Positions 1 through 8,270 of a stretch of DNA of 64,000 nt are shown one piece after another. The position numbers and the translations under genes were made by a program. Each line of letters begins with the position of its first letter. Within the stretch, counting starts at the first letter, position 1. The notes under the pieces were generated by a model. It ran no database searches, was not told where the DNA came from, and saw only the letters and a program-made list of their open reading frames with translations. Origin of the DNA: a virus (Duplodnaviria; Caudoviricetes); the IMG/VR virus record IMGVR_UViG_3300029305_005484, one strand, 5' to 3'.

Positions 1-1
1 T

Positions 2-178
2 TCAACTAAGTTGGATGAAGTTCTTGAAGCTATTAAAGTTCCAGCTAAATATCGTGGAAAACCTGCTAACAGAAAACCAATTGCTGTAGCAAATGGAATT
101 TCAAATTATACAGGTTCTGGTCCTCAGAATCTCAAGTTAGTAAAACTTGCTAAGCAAGGTGCATTAGTAAAACCTTAA
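2..178 (+). CDS. 3' end of a gene cut by the window edge; DUF3597-like cell-wall-binding C-terminal domain
   Basis: Frame 2 reads ...RKPIAVANGISNYTGSGPQNLKLVKLAKQGALVKP*, resembling the GI-x-NY-x-G-x-x-x-QN motif of Firmicute lysin C-termini. Confidence 0.55.
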   Translation, partial: STKLDEVLEAIKVPAKYRGKPANRKPIAVANGISNYTGSGPQNLKLVKLAKQGALVKP

Positions 179-183
179 AATTT

Positions 184-219
184 AAGTATCTAGTAGATTA
201 ATTTCTACTAGATACTTTT
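184..219. terminator. Intrinsic terminator hairpin between the upstream gene and cassette 1
   Basis: AAGTATCTAGTAGA-ttaatt-TCTACTAGATACTT followed by T-run. Confidence 0.8.
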
Positions 220-256
220 ATATAAATTTATAGAGTGAGTTGGAGTAGGGGAGGGT

Positions 257-338
257 GAACCAATTTTGTTAAGTTAACTTTCTCTAGTTATCGGTAATTT
301 ACGATGTTTACAGAAATCTTACTTAACAAAACTGCAAC
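257..338 (+). repeat. 82-bp palindromic cassette-leader repeat, copy R1
   Basis: GAACCAATTTTGTTAAGTTAACTTTCTCTAGTTATCG-N14-TTACAGAAATCTTACTTAACAAAACTGCAAC; 9 copies in window. Confidence 0.97.
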
Positions 339-656
339 CAACAAGAAATAATACCTAATTTAATGATAAGTAAATCAACAGATGGGACAGTATATACAAC
401 TAGTACTACTGGTGTTACTGGCGCTATACCATATAATGCAAATTTTGCATTACTAAGAATATGGAATGGTTATGATGTATATCAAGGAACAACATTTATA
501 CCTTTAAGATGGATGGATGATAGTACTATTAATCATACTTTTAGAGTAGAGTATAATGGTGGAGTTGGAGAAATAGTTATAAACCCAAATACAAAAAGGT
601 ATACCCTTAAACGTATTACTGAAGGAACGTTTCCTGTATTAGTATCATTTTATTAA
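327..656 (+). CDS. Cassette C1: start-less putative tail-fibre tip module (109 aa)
   Basis: Open from CAA after the repeat's TAA: QNCNQQEIIPNLMISKS...VLVSFY*; the internal ATG at 363 has no RBS; beta-rich. Confidence 0.7.
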   Translation, partial: QNCNQQEIIPNLMISKSTDGTVYTTSTTGVTGAIPYNANFALLRIWNGYDVYQGTTFIPLRWMDDSTINHTFRVEYNGGVGEIVINPNTKRYTLKRITEGTFPVLVSFY

Positions 657-696
657 AGATAAAAATATGAGTGGATAAGGTGGTATAAGAGGGGTG

Positions 697-778
697 GAAC
701 CAATTTTGTTAAGTTAACTTTCTCTAGTTATCGATAATTCACGAGAATTACAGAAAACTTACTTAACAAAACTGCAAC
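697..778 (+). repeat. 82-bp repeat, copy R2
   Basis: Matches consensus; core ATAATTCACGAGAA. Confidence 0.97.
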
Positions 779-1141
779 CGAATTATAGAGTATCAAGAAC
801 AAGGTACAAATGGTGAATGGGGGTATGTTAAATATGAAAATGGTCTAGCATACTGCTATTCAAGATCTGATATTCAATTTGATACATCTAATAGAGTAAA
901 TGCTTGGGCTGATATGTTTGTAGTTAGTAAGAGAATAGAAATGCCTATAACATTTTATACACGTCCTGTAGTCAGTGCTAGTTGTGATTGGCATTATTCA
1001 GACCTAGTTCAAGCTGATTGTACTCACTATTCTAATATGATAGAATTAAGATATTTTGGTAGCTGGAATTCAATGGGTGGAGATGATACTGAATCTGTTA
1101 TATTAGCCGTTAGTTTATTAGCAATAGGAAGGTGGAAATAA
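767..1141 (+). CDS. Cassette C2: start-less tail-fibre C-terminal (gp53-like) domain (124 aa)
   Basis: QNCNRIIEYQEQGTNGEWGYVKYENGLAYC...MPITFYTRPVV...LLAIGRWK*; the GYVKY-x-NG, P-x-x-F-x-x-x-P and AIGRWK motifs are typical of tail-fibre tips. Confidence 0.85.
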   Translation, partial: QNCNRIIEYQEQGTNGEWGYVKYENGLAYCYSRSDIQFDTSNRVNAWADMFVVSKRIEMPITFYTRPVVSASCDWHYSDLVQADCTHYSNMIELRYFGSWNSMGGDDTESVILAVSLLAIGRWK

Positions 1142-1183
1142 AAATAAATGGAGATGTAGAAAAATCTACATCTCCATTTATTT
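1142..1183. terminator. Bidirectional intrinsic terminator
   Basis: AAATAAATGGAGATGTAGA-aaaa-TCTACATCTCCATTTATTT between convergent C2 and thyA. Confidence 0.85.
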
Positions 1184-2187
1184 TATACGGCTACAGGAAA
1201 ATCAACTTTTGACATACTCTTGTAGTTGTCAACATGAATATCTTCAATAACAGTTTTAAAGAAATCTGTATTCCCCTCATCAATTCTGATTGATGGTTCA
1301 CATTCATAAACCTCTACAAAATTAAATTCAGGATCCACTTCCAATGTTGTATCAATAACACCTTTGATTGATTTAAATCTTGCATTATTGATTACATTCA
1401 TTGGATTTTTCATTTCTTCATCTGATAATTCTACAGAAGATCTTTCATTTACGATATTAATGAATTCTTCATTTGTAGGAACTCTTCCTAACTCATCTGT
1501 AAGAATACCAATTGCAAGAAGAACCTGATATTGTTTTAACATCTGGTTACACCCATCAAATTGATTTTCATAAATATATGCATCTGCAGCAACAAATGTT
1601 AAGATTCCTGGTTTTACACCGAGATGACGAGCAAATAATTTGTTAAGAACTGTGTATTGGAATACATTAAATACTCCACCAACTAACAAGTCACATGAAC
1701 GGCTTGTTACAAGTACATTCAACTGACCATCTACAATATCCCAAACTGATGTATATACACATGGTGTAATAGCCATCTCTGGTAAATCTGCATTATTCCA
1801 TAAGTCAATAACAGCTCGTCTTGTTGAAGAATCACGTGCTAAATCATTTAACACACGATTAACTTGATCATATTCTTTAATCTGGTATCCATATGTTTTT
1901 GCAACGATACCATTTTCATCTGCCCAGTCATCCCAGATATGTGGTCTAAGATCATGGATATTATTTGATCCATCTCTGAAAATCCAGAATGCTTCTTCAA
2001 CAGATGATTTCCAAAATGTTTTCTTTGATTTCAAGATTGGACATTCTTCAGCACAATCTACTCCTAAGATCATATGTGATCTTCTTTTTGTAGCAACTCC
2101 TGTTCTTTCATTTTTTTGATAAAAGCCATTTTGCATAATATCAAAAACATAATTCATGAAATTGCTTTCATAGCGTGAAACTGCCAT
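1183..2187 (-). CDS. thyA: Thymidylate synthase (ThyA type) with C-terminal insertion
   Basis: ERTG, IWDDWAD, YGYQ, STRR, catalytic PC, RSCD and FN motifs; C-terminal PVAV; RBS AGGAGG. Confidence 0.92.
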   Translation of the reverse strand: MAVSRYESNFMNYVFDIMQNGFYQKNERTGVATKRRSHMILGVDCAEECPILKSKKTFWKSSVEEAFWIFRDGSNNIHDLRPHIWDDWADENGIVAKTYGYQIKEYDQVNRVLNDLARDSSTRRAVIDLWNNADLPEMAITPCVYTSVWDIVDGQLNVLVTSRSCDLLVGGVFNVFQYTVLNKLFARHLGVKPGILTFVAADAYIYENQFDGCNQMLKQYQVLLAIGILTDELGRVPTNEEFINIVNERSSVELSDEEMKNPMNVINNARFKSIKGVIDTTLEVDPEFNFVEVYECEPSIRIDEGNTDFFKTVIEDIHVDNYKSMSKVDFPVAV

Positions 2188-2273
2188 GATAATTTCCTCC
2201 TTATTAAATAAAATTTTTAAGATTAATATTTTGTAAAGTAATAAATTAAATGTAAAACAGAGAAAATTTATGA

Positions 2274-2282
2274 ATATATTAT
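2274..2282 (+). promoter_or_regulatory. Early-type promoter motif ATATATTAT (representative; also 11489 and 50808 on +, and 5635, 11021, 12751, 14369, 20231, 38839, 45501, 49045, 56639 on -)
   Basis: Same 9-mer, mostly about 15-45 nt upstream of start codons of non-structural genes; resembles the phiKZ early motif TATATTAC. Confidence 0.65.
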
Positions 2283-2317
2283 AAATATGAATAAAAGAAA
2301 AAGAGAGGTACTAGATT

Positions 2318-2416
2318 ATGCAAAATTTAAGAGGTCAAAAAATGATTATTGTTAGAAGGGAGGATGAAGAAGAGGTTTACTCAATCGAAGAATCAACCTC
2401 CGTTATTATAGAATAG
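2318..2416 (+). CDS. Small 32-aa hypothetical protein
   Basis: Promoter motif, RBS GAGAGG, MQNLRGQKMIIVRREDEEEVYSIEESTSVIIE*, then terminator at 2423-2462. Confidence 0.5.
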   Translation: MQNLRGQKMIIVRREDEEEVYSIEESTSVIIE

Positions 2417-2460
2417 AAAATGAATAAACCTTACTGAATAAAATCAGTAAGGTTTATTTT

Positions 2461-3102
2461 TTACATGTCTGCAGAGATTACAGCCTCTTCTGTACTAACT
2501 GACTCAACAACTGAATTTTCGTTGACAAATTGATTATCAGGTATAGTAACCGGTGTTTCTTCCTGTACTTCAGTTGTTACAGTTTCTGCGATTTGTTCGC
2601 TAACTTTCTGTTCCTGCTCGGCATGTTTTTTGCTTGATACTTCTTCACGAATTCTTCTTCTTTCTTGTCTAGAAAGTTTTCTATATTCTTCTGCAGTTAA
2701 ACCTGCATCTCTTAAGAATAATTGAAATTCGTCAAGTTTTTCTTCTTGTTCATCAGTAGATTTTTCATCTTCTTTTTCAACAAGAATTGTTTTTTCAGGT
2801 TCACTAATAACCTGCTGTTTTTCAGGTTCAACTACTTTTTCAACCTGATTATTTGCAGGTGTTTTAACATCTCCACGATTGAATGGAGACTTTTGACATG
2901 TCAAAACTGTTAATTGAACCTTTTCATTTGGATTTGATGGATTAATCTCTTTTACGATTTTTCCATTTTTAACTAATTTTATAATCTGTGGTGTTGTCAA
3001 CTTACAATTATAAACTGGACCAACTACAAAATTTAATTCTGCTAATGGTCCATTTGTAAGTATATCACATCTTCTAAAATTACTATTCAACACTGTTGAC
3101 AT
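2461..3102 (-). CDS. Hypothetical protein with acidic low-complexity C-half
   Basis: ORF with RBS AGGAGG; co-oriented with 3117-3422. Confidence 0.7.
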   Translation of the reverse strand: MSTVLNSNFRRCDILTNGPLAELNFVVGPVYNCKLTTPQIIKLVKNGKIVKEINPSNPNEKVQLTVLTCQKSPFNRGDVKTPANNQVEKVVEPEKQQVISEPEKTILVEKEDEKSTDEQEEKLDEFQLFLRDAGLTAEEYRKLSRQERRRIREEVSSKKHAEQEQKVSEQIAETVTTEVQEETPVTIPDNQFVNENSVVESVSTEEAVISADM

Positions 3103-3116
3103 TTTACGTTTCCTCC

Positions 3117-3422
3117 TTATTCGGCATTTGTTACAACACCAACGATATCGTCAATGTCAATATCTTCATCATCACAAGCAAGGATTCTTGCAATTTCCTC
3201 TTTTTCGAGTTCTGCATCATCAGGGAGTTCTCTAAGAAGTTCTTCAAGCTCTTCATTAGTCAATTCTCCTTCTGCAGATTCCATCATTAATCCAGAAGTT
3301 GCTGTTTCAACTAATTCGTCTGCAACAGATTCTGTAACCTCTGAACTAATTCTTTCTATTTTACCAATAGCTCTTGCTCGTTCTTCTGCTATGGATTGTA
3401 ATCCAGAATTAATAATTCCCAT
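3117..3422 (-). CDS. Acidic small protein, probably head/scaffold-associated
   Basis: Late motif at 3451-3463; VTES and MMES motifs as in the head cluster. Confidence 0.55.
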   Translation of the reverse strand: MGIINSGLQSIAEERARAIGKIERISSEVTESVADELVETATSGLMMESAEGELTNEELEELLRELPDDAELEKEEIARILACDDEDIDIDDIVGVVTNAE

Positions 3423-3485
3423 AATTTTATATTCCTTTCTTTTAGAATATTTAGAGTAATGTTTTCTTAGTATATAAATCTATAA

Positions 3486-4079
3486 TTATTTAACGGATAT
3501 AGTTAAATACATAGTCGTATTATCCCAATGTGTCGTATAACCTTTACAATCCAAATTATTAACAATTGAACTACTTCTACTTTCAGCATATGCATAAGGA
3601 AGTGTACTAACAACATGTTCAAACCCCGTAAATGTTATAGGATGTCCGGATTTAAGAACTGATAAATTTGAATTTAAAAATTCAGATACTTCACGTTCTA
3701 ATCTTTCATCTGATCTCATAATAGATTTTATTGTATTAGGAGAATGAATTACTAGTCTGCTGATTGGTTTTGCATCATTCGCTGGACTATAAAATACATC
3801 AGGTAATGCAAAAAGGTTTTTATTGAAAATTGAATAAATTATTGTGTCGACTGTGTACTGTAGTTGTTTTAAATCTACTGAGTCATCTACTTCATATTCA
3901 TAGAAACTCACTGGTTCGTCATTCGTCAATGTATCTGCAAGAATGCTTTCTAAAAATTTATGTACTATACTAGATGCCAAATCATCTTTTTTTGATATAT
4001 TGGTTGTTGTTTTAACCTGTTCTTCAGCATTATATGATGCAAGATCTGACGAATTTTGTATACCGTTAAATTGCAACAT
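3486..4079 (-). CDS. Hypothetical protein
   Basis: 197-aa ORF with RBS. Confidence 0.7.
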   Translation of the reverse strand: MLQFNGIQNSSDLASYNAEEQVKTTTNISKKDDLASSIVHKFLESILADTLTNDEPVSFYEYEVDDSVDLKQLQYTVDTIIYSIFNKNLFALPDVFYSPANDAKPISRLVIHSPNTIKSIMRSDERLEREVSEFLNSNLSVLKSGHPITFTGFEHVVSTLPYAYAESRSSSIVNNLDCKGYTTHWDNTTMYLTISVK

Positions 4080-4191
4080 AATACAAACCGCCTTTCTTTT
4101 TATTTATATTTTATATAAATGTGCAAGAAAAATATGTAAAAAAATAAGAAGGATATGTAAAAATCCTTCTTATTTCAATCATACAGATTAT

Positions 4192-4917
4192 CTATTCATC
4201 AGAAGATGTTTGACATGTATTGTAATCGTATATTGTAAGTCTATTTATTATATCATACTGATTATCATATGACGGACCTACAATTGTATTATGCTCTATA
4301 TTAGAACCGAAACTTTCATCCATATACCCATCAAATATAGAAAATGATGTAAACAAATCATCTGGATAAATGATATCATATACTGCTAATTGATACTTAC
4401 ACCATTCTAAATTTAATATACTTAAAAATTTTTGAATCTTGTTATAATCATCATAATTTCTACCATATGGATATTCAAGGTTATCTAAGAAATATGCTAA
4501 TAAGAAATTTTGACTAGGTTCTGATGAAAATACATAATCAAATATAAAATTTAAAACCTGTTTATAATTTTTAGGATCTAATCTATTTCCTTTACACATT
4601 TCTAAAAAGTTACTATGGGATACGGGTTCTAAAAGCATATATGCATAAAATAACTTAACTCTATCAAGTTCAATTTTAGTTAGTTGATTTTTTAATGATT
4701 CTTTTTTAAAATTGATATAATTTACATTTGGATATAAATATTTATGTTGTTCCCAGATTTTTGGTGTTATTCCTGAGTTAGGATCTAAAATATAAATTCC
4801 ATAACACGTATCGAATATCTTATTATCTCTTAATTCGAATATATTACTAAATCCATCATAATAAAAGTCTCTAAATCCTGTTATATTTTCACATGTCAAT
4901 ATATTAACACTATCCAT
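4192..4917 (-). CDS. Hypothetical protein
   Basis: Start moved to the ATG after GGAGG (MDSVNIL...). Confidence 0.7.
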   Translation of the reverse strand: MDSVNILTCENITGFRDFYYDGFSNIFELRDNKIFDTCYGIYILDPNSGITPKIWEQHKYLYPNVNYINFKKESLKNQLTKIELDRVKLFYAYMLLEPVSHSNFLEMCKGNRLDPKNYKQVLNFIFDYVFSSEPSQNFLLAYFLDNLEYPYGRNYDDYNKIQKFLSILNLEWCKYQLAVYDIIYPDDLFTSFSIFDGYMDESFGSNIEHNTIVGPSYDNQYDIINRLTIYDYNTCQTSSDE

Positions 4918-4928
4918 ATTAACACCTC

Positions 4929-5618
4929 CTAACCATATGTCCATTCATAAATTGTATCTGTTTCATAGTCATTATATAATAAATTAGTTGGAATAAATAT
5001 TGCTAGCTCGTTATATAACCAATCTATTATATAATTTCTATAAGTATAAAATTCTTTTTCTGTAAATTTTCTATTGAATAAAACCTTAAATCCAATTACA
5101 AATTCATCTTTTTCCAAAATATCTTCAAACCAATGAATATTTGTATCTGATAATAACATACCAATATGCCAGTCTGCAGTAGTAAAATTATCAATTGCAT
5201 ATGAGTATCTATTAAAATATGATAGAATTTCATTTTTATTCACTTTAAAATTTTCGGCATATTCTTTCATATCAAAAGAATCAGTTTCACTAAATCTAAT
5301 CGATGTAAAAGCTATTAGTGATATTATAGATTTTAAAATATCATGATACTCACTTGGAAATTTTAAGAATAAATTTTCGTATAAAAAGTAAGCATTTGAA
5401 TGATGCTCAAAACTTGTTATATTAAGCAATAATTCTATCTTTGTTGGATCACCATCTGGTTGTTCAGTATATTCTTTTACAGGATCAAATGAATCATCAT
5501 CAAATAGTTGAATTTTATTTTCAGTATAAGTATCAAAATCTGGTTCTTGTGATATCCCTAATATATCTAATGAATGTAAGCTATCATAATAAAATGGATG
5601 ATCTACCATTAATTTCAC
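4929..5618 (-). CDS. Hypothetical protein
   Basis: 229-aa ORF downstream of early motif 5635; exact start uncertain. Confidence 0.65.
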   Translation of the reverse strand: MKLMVDHPFYYDSLHSLDILGISQEPDFDTYTENKIQLFDDDSFDPVKEYTEQPDGDPTKIELLLNITSFEHHSNAYFLYENLFLKFPSEYHDILKSIISLIAFTSIRFSETDSFDMKEYAENFKVNKNEILSYFNRYSYAIDNFTTADWHIGMLLSDTNIHWFEDILEKDEFVIGFKVLFNRKFTEKEFYTYRNYIIDWLYNELAIFIPTNLLYNDYETDTIYEWTYG

Positions 5619-5669
5619 CTTCTTTCATATTAAAATAATATATTAATACAAAAGATAAACTAGTTGACG

Positions 5670-6038
5670 TTAATCAACTAGTTTATAAATTCTTTCTAAT
5701 GCTTCTTCAGGTGTATGACCATCATATTTAGGTGCTTTGTCAAGTTCTTTAACATCAAATTTATCCCAATAAGGATCAATATCATAATGATATGTAGCTT
5801 GCCCTTCTGGTGTTTCAATACCTACAATAAACATACCATCATACATATCACCTGTATCATGAAGTTTTGATTTCCATGCTTTATCTTTAAACATTTTACA
5901 AATAGTAGCAAATAATAAAGCTCTATGATGATATAATTCATTGAAAGTATGATATCCATCAGAAAATTCACCTAAACTATTATCACGTTTAAAAACATCA
6001 TACAACTCTAGCATTTTCTTTGAAATATTAATTGACAT
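5670..6038 (-). CDS. WDGH-like phage protein
   Basis: SDGYHTFNELYHHR, WKSKLH, TPEGQATYHY and YDGHT motifs. Confidence 0.7.
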   Translation of the reverse strand: MSINISKKMLELYDVFKRDNSLGEFSDGYHTFNELYHHRALLFATICKMFKDKAWKSKLHDTGDMYDGMFIVGIETPEGQATYHYDIDPYWDKFDVKELDKAPKYDGHTPEEALERIYKLVD

Positions 6039-6087
6039 AGTTAATATCTCCTTTCATTTTATAATTATAGTTTCGAATATTCTAAAA

Positions 6088-6100
6088 AACAAAATGCTAA
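6088..6100 (+). promoter_or_regulatory. Late-type promoter motif AACA-N6-TAA (representative; also 21210, 28374, 45820, 49212, 57156, 58562, 58963 on +, and 3451, 10033 on -)
   Basis: Fixed-spacing motif upstream of polymerase, lysin, head, protease and fibre genes; matches the AR9 late consensus AACA-N6-TA. Confidence 0.75.
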
Positions 6101-6124
6101 TTATAATGAAAGGATTTTTTATTT

Positions 6125-8230
6125 ATGAAGAGTTCTTTTTTAGAACTGTATCAGAAAGATGCAGTAGAAAGTTTGATGCAAATGAATCCCAATTGGGATG
6201 AAGATGACTTATCAAAATTAGTCAAAGATGAAATGAAAGATGGATTTTCTAATCCATCTGTTGTAATTGATAATAACTTTAAAAGACAAACACAAGATTC
6301 TACATTACTTACGATAATGGATTGGGCTATTGATAATAAGCCACTTGTTGCAGGTAATGGAACTTTTTATAAGAATCAATATGAAGCAGAAAATCCCGTC
6401 GCTAACATGTTAGATGGTATGCTTAAAAAACGTAAAGCTTTAAAGAAAGAGATGTTTAAAATTGAAGATATAACATCTCCTAAATATAAAGATTTAGATC
6501 TTTCACAACAAATCCAAAAGATTAATGCAAACTCATACTATGGAGCTTCAGGTATGCCAGCATCAGCATTCTATTCTAAATGGAGTGGTGGAGCTACAAC
6601 ATCAACTGCACAGTCAGTTATAAGTACATGCTATTCAACATTTGAAGGATTTATAGCTGATAACTATTTATTTTTAGATTTTAATGAATGTATTCATTGG
6701 TTAAATACAGTAGTTAAACAAATTGAAGAGGATCCTGAAACTGATGGGTGGGTTTTAAAACATAATATTTATGAAGTTTATAATAAAATGAAAGATATGT
6801 TTTTAGAATGGAAAGATTCGTATGAAGAACCGTTGTGGAATTATTTAACAAATCTTTCAGAAAATGAACTTACAAGAATCTATTATAGAAATAGATTAGA
6901 AGAATTTACTAGAGACCATAGTTATGTACTTACATTAAACAAATTAATTATGGAAAAAACTAATGTATATCCAGTACTTAGTAAAAAAGATTCTAAAAGA
7001 GATGATTGGGAAACTTTAATTCCTCCAGAATTTAGAGGTAAATTTAAAACAGGTAATGATTATAATTCATTTGCTTGTAATGAAGCATTCATGGACCCTA
7101 ACTCAATACCTAAAACTATTGAAAATGAAGTAAAAGAATTAGCATCTATTTATATGAAATATGTATATACAAGATATTTAGTTTTTGATAGAATTTATAG
7201 ACTTAAAAACTTTGGTCGTAAAACTGTAATGGTTATTGATACAGACTCTAATATTTTAGCATTAGATGAGTGGATGGAATTTGCTCTTAATAATTTTGCT
7301 AATGAATGTGATAAAGCACAAGAAAATAAAGAGTTTATAATTATCAATACTATAACATATACACTTACACAGGTAGTAACAGATATATTACTTTACTATG
7401 GAGAGTGTTCAAATATACCAGAAGAATTTAGACCTCGTTTTAATATGAAGAACGAGTTTTTTATGAGAAGACTTATTATCAGTGAAGTTAAAAAAAGATA
7501 TATGTCTTTATTTAAATTAAGAGAGGGTAACTTGCTTAATCCTCCTAAAACTGATATTAAAGGCTTTGACTTCAAGAAATCGACCACTTCTGATATTTGT
7601 GAAGAAATTTATACAAGATTATCAGAAGATTATTTACTTAAAGCAGACAAAATTGATGTTAGAGCATTAAGAGAAGAACTTAGAGTATTAGAAAAAGATA
7701 TTATGGAAGATATTCAATGTGGAAATCTTACATATTTACCAATTGCTAATGCTAAAGAATTATCTGCTTATGCTGAACCAGGTTCTGAGCAATCTATTAG
7801 AGGTGTACTAGCTTGGAATAGTATTTATCCTGATACTCCAATTGAATTACCTTCTAAAGTAAAAATGTTAAAACTTACTATCTTTAGAGAGGAAGATATT
7901 AAAGATTTAAAAAATAAAGAACCTGAAATATATAATACTATTTGTAATGAAATTTTTAATGATAAATCAGGAATATTTGTTACAAAGGCAGTAAAAAATG
8001 GAAAACTAACAGTTAACTCAAAAGGTATGCAAGTATTAGCAATACCATCAAATGGTTCTATTCCTGAATGGGTAAAACCATATATAGATTTTGGTTCTGT
8101 TATAGGAACTATTTTAGCACCATTTAAATCAGTTACAGATTTACTTAAATTAAACTGTGTATCAACAGGATATAAGAAAAATGGTATAAATAGAGAAACT
8201 GAGAGTTTTACAAATATAATTTCATTTTAA
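6125..8230 (+). CDS. Family-B DNA polymerase, catalytic subunit of a split enzyme
   Basis: Motif B KINANSYYG, motif C IDTDS, KKRY and KGFD; no exonuclease domain or motif A evident. Confidence 0.88.
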   Translation: MKSSFLELYQKDAVESLMQMNPNWDEDDLSKLVKDEMKDGFSNPSVVIDNNFKRQTQDSTLLTIMDWAIDNKPLVAGNGTFYKNQYEAENPVANMLDGMLKKRKALKKEMFKIEDITSPKYKDLDLSQQIQKINANSYYGASGMPASAFYSKWSGGATTSTAQSVISTCYSTFEGFIADNYLFLDFNECIHWLNTVVKQIEEDPETDGWVLKHNIYEVYNKMKDMFLEWKDSYEEPLWNYLTNLSENELTRIYYRNRLEEFTRDHSYVLTLNKLIMEKTNVYPVLSKKDSKRDDWETLIPPEFRGKFKTGNDYNSFACNEAFMDPNSIPKTIENEVKELASIYMKYVYTRYLVFDRIYRLKNFGRKTVMVIDTDSNILALDEWMEFALNNFANECDKAQENKEFIIINTITYTLTQVVTDILLYYGECSNIPEEFRPRFNMKNEFFMRRLIISEVKKRYMSLFKLREGNLLNPPKTDIKGFDFKKSTTSDICEEIYTRLSEDYLLKADKIDVRALREELRVLEKDIMEDIQCGNLTYLPIANAKELSAYAEPGSEQSIRGVLAWNSIYPDTPIELPSKVKMLKLTIFREEDIKDLKNKEPEIYNTICNEIFNDKSGIFVTKAVKNGKLTVNSKGMQVLAIPSNGSIPEWVKPYIDFGSVIGTILAPFKSVTDLLKLNCVSTGYKKNGINRETESFTNIISF

Positions 8231-8270
8231 AAGATACCTAGTAGATTTTTCTACTAGGTATCTTATTTTT
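8231..8270. terminator. Bidirectional terminator
   Basis: AAGATACCTAGTAGA-tttt-TCTACTAGGTATCTT; related stems at 184, 21150, 48060 and 57842. Confidence 0.85.

Noticed and set aside
267-335. T4 gene 60-style ribosomal bypass from TGT-TAA to the matching TGC 66 nt downstream
   Set aside because: R2, R7 and R8 have no in-frame start upstream and R6 has TAT instead of TGT; kept only as a remote alternative.
257-338. Repeat as the 3' end of a group II intron (ends in AY) or of an intein (QN|C)
   Set aside because: No domain V with catalytic triad; an in-frame TAA two codons before N-C excludes an intein.
257-1141. Repeats as a CRISPR array
   Set aside because: Repeats are 82 bp and separated by coding modules of more than 300 bp or by many kb; no cas genes in the window.
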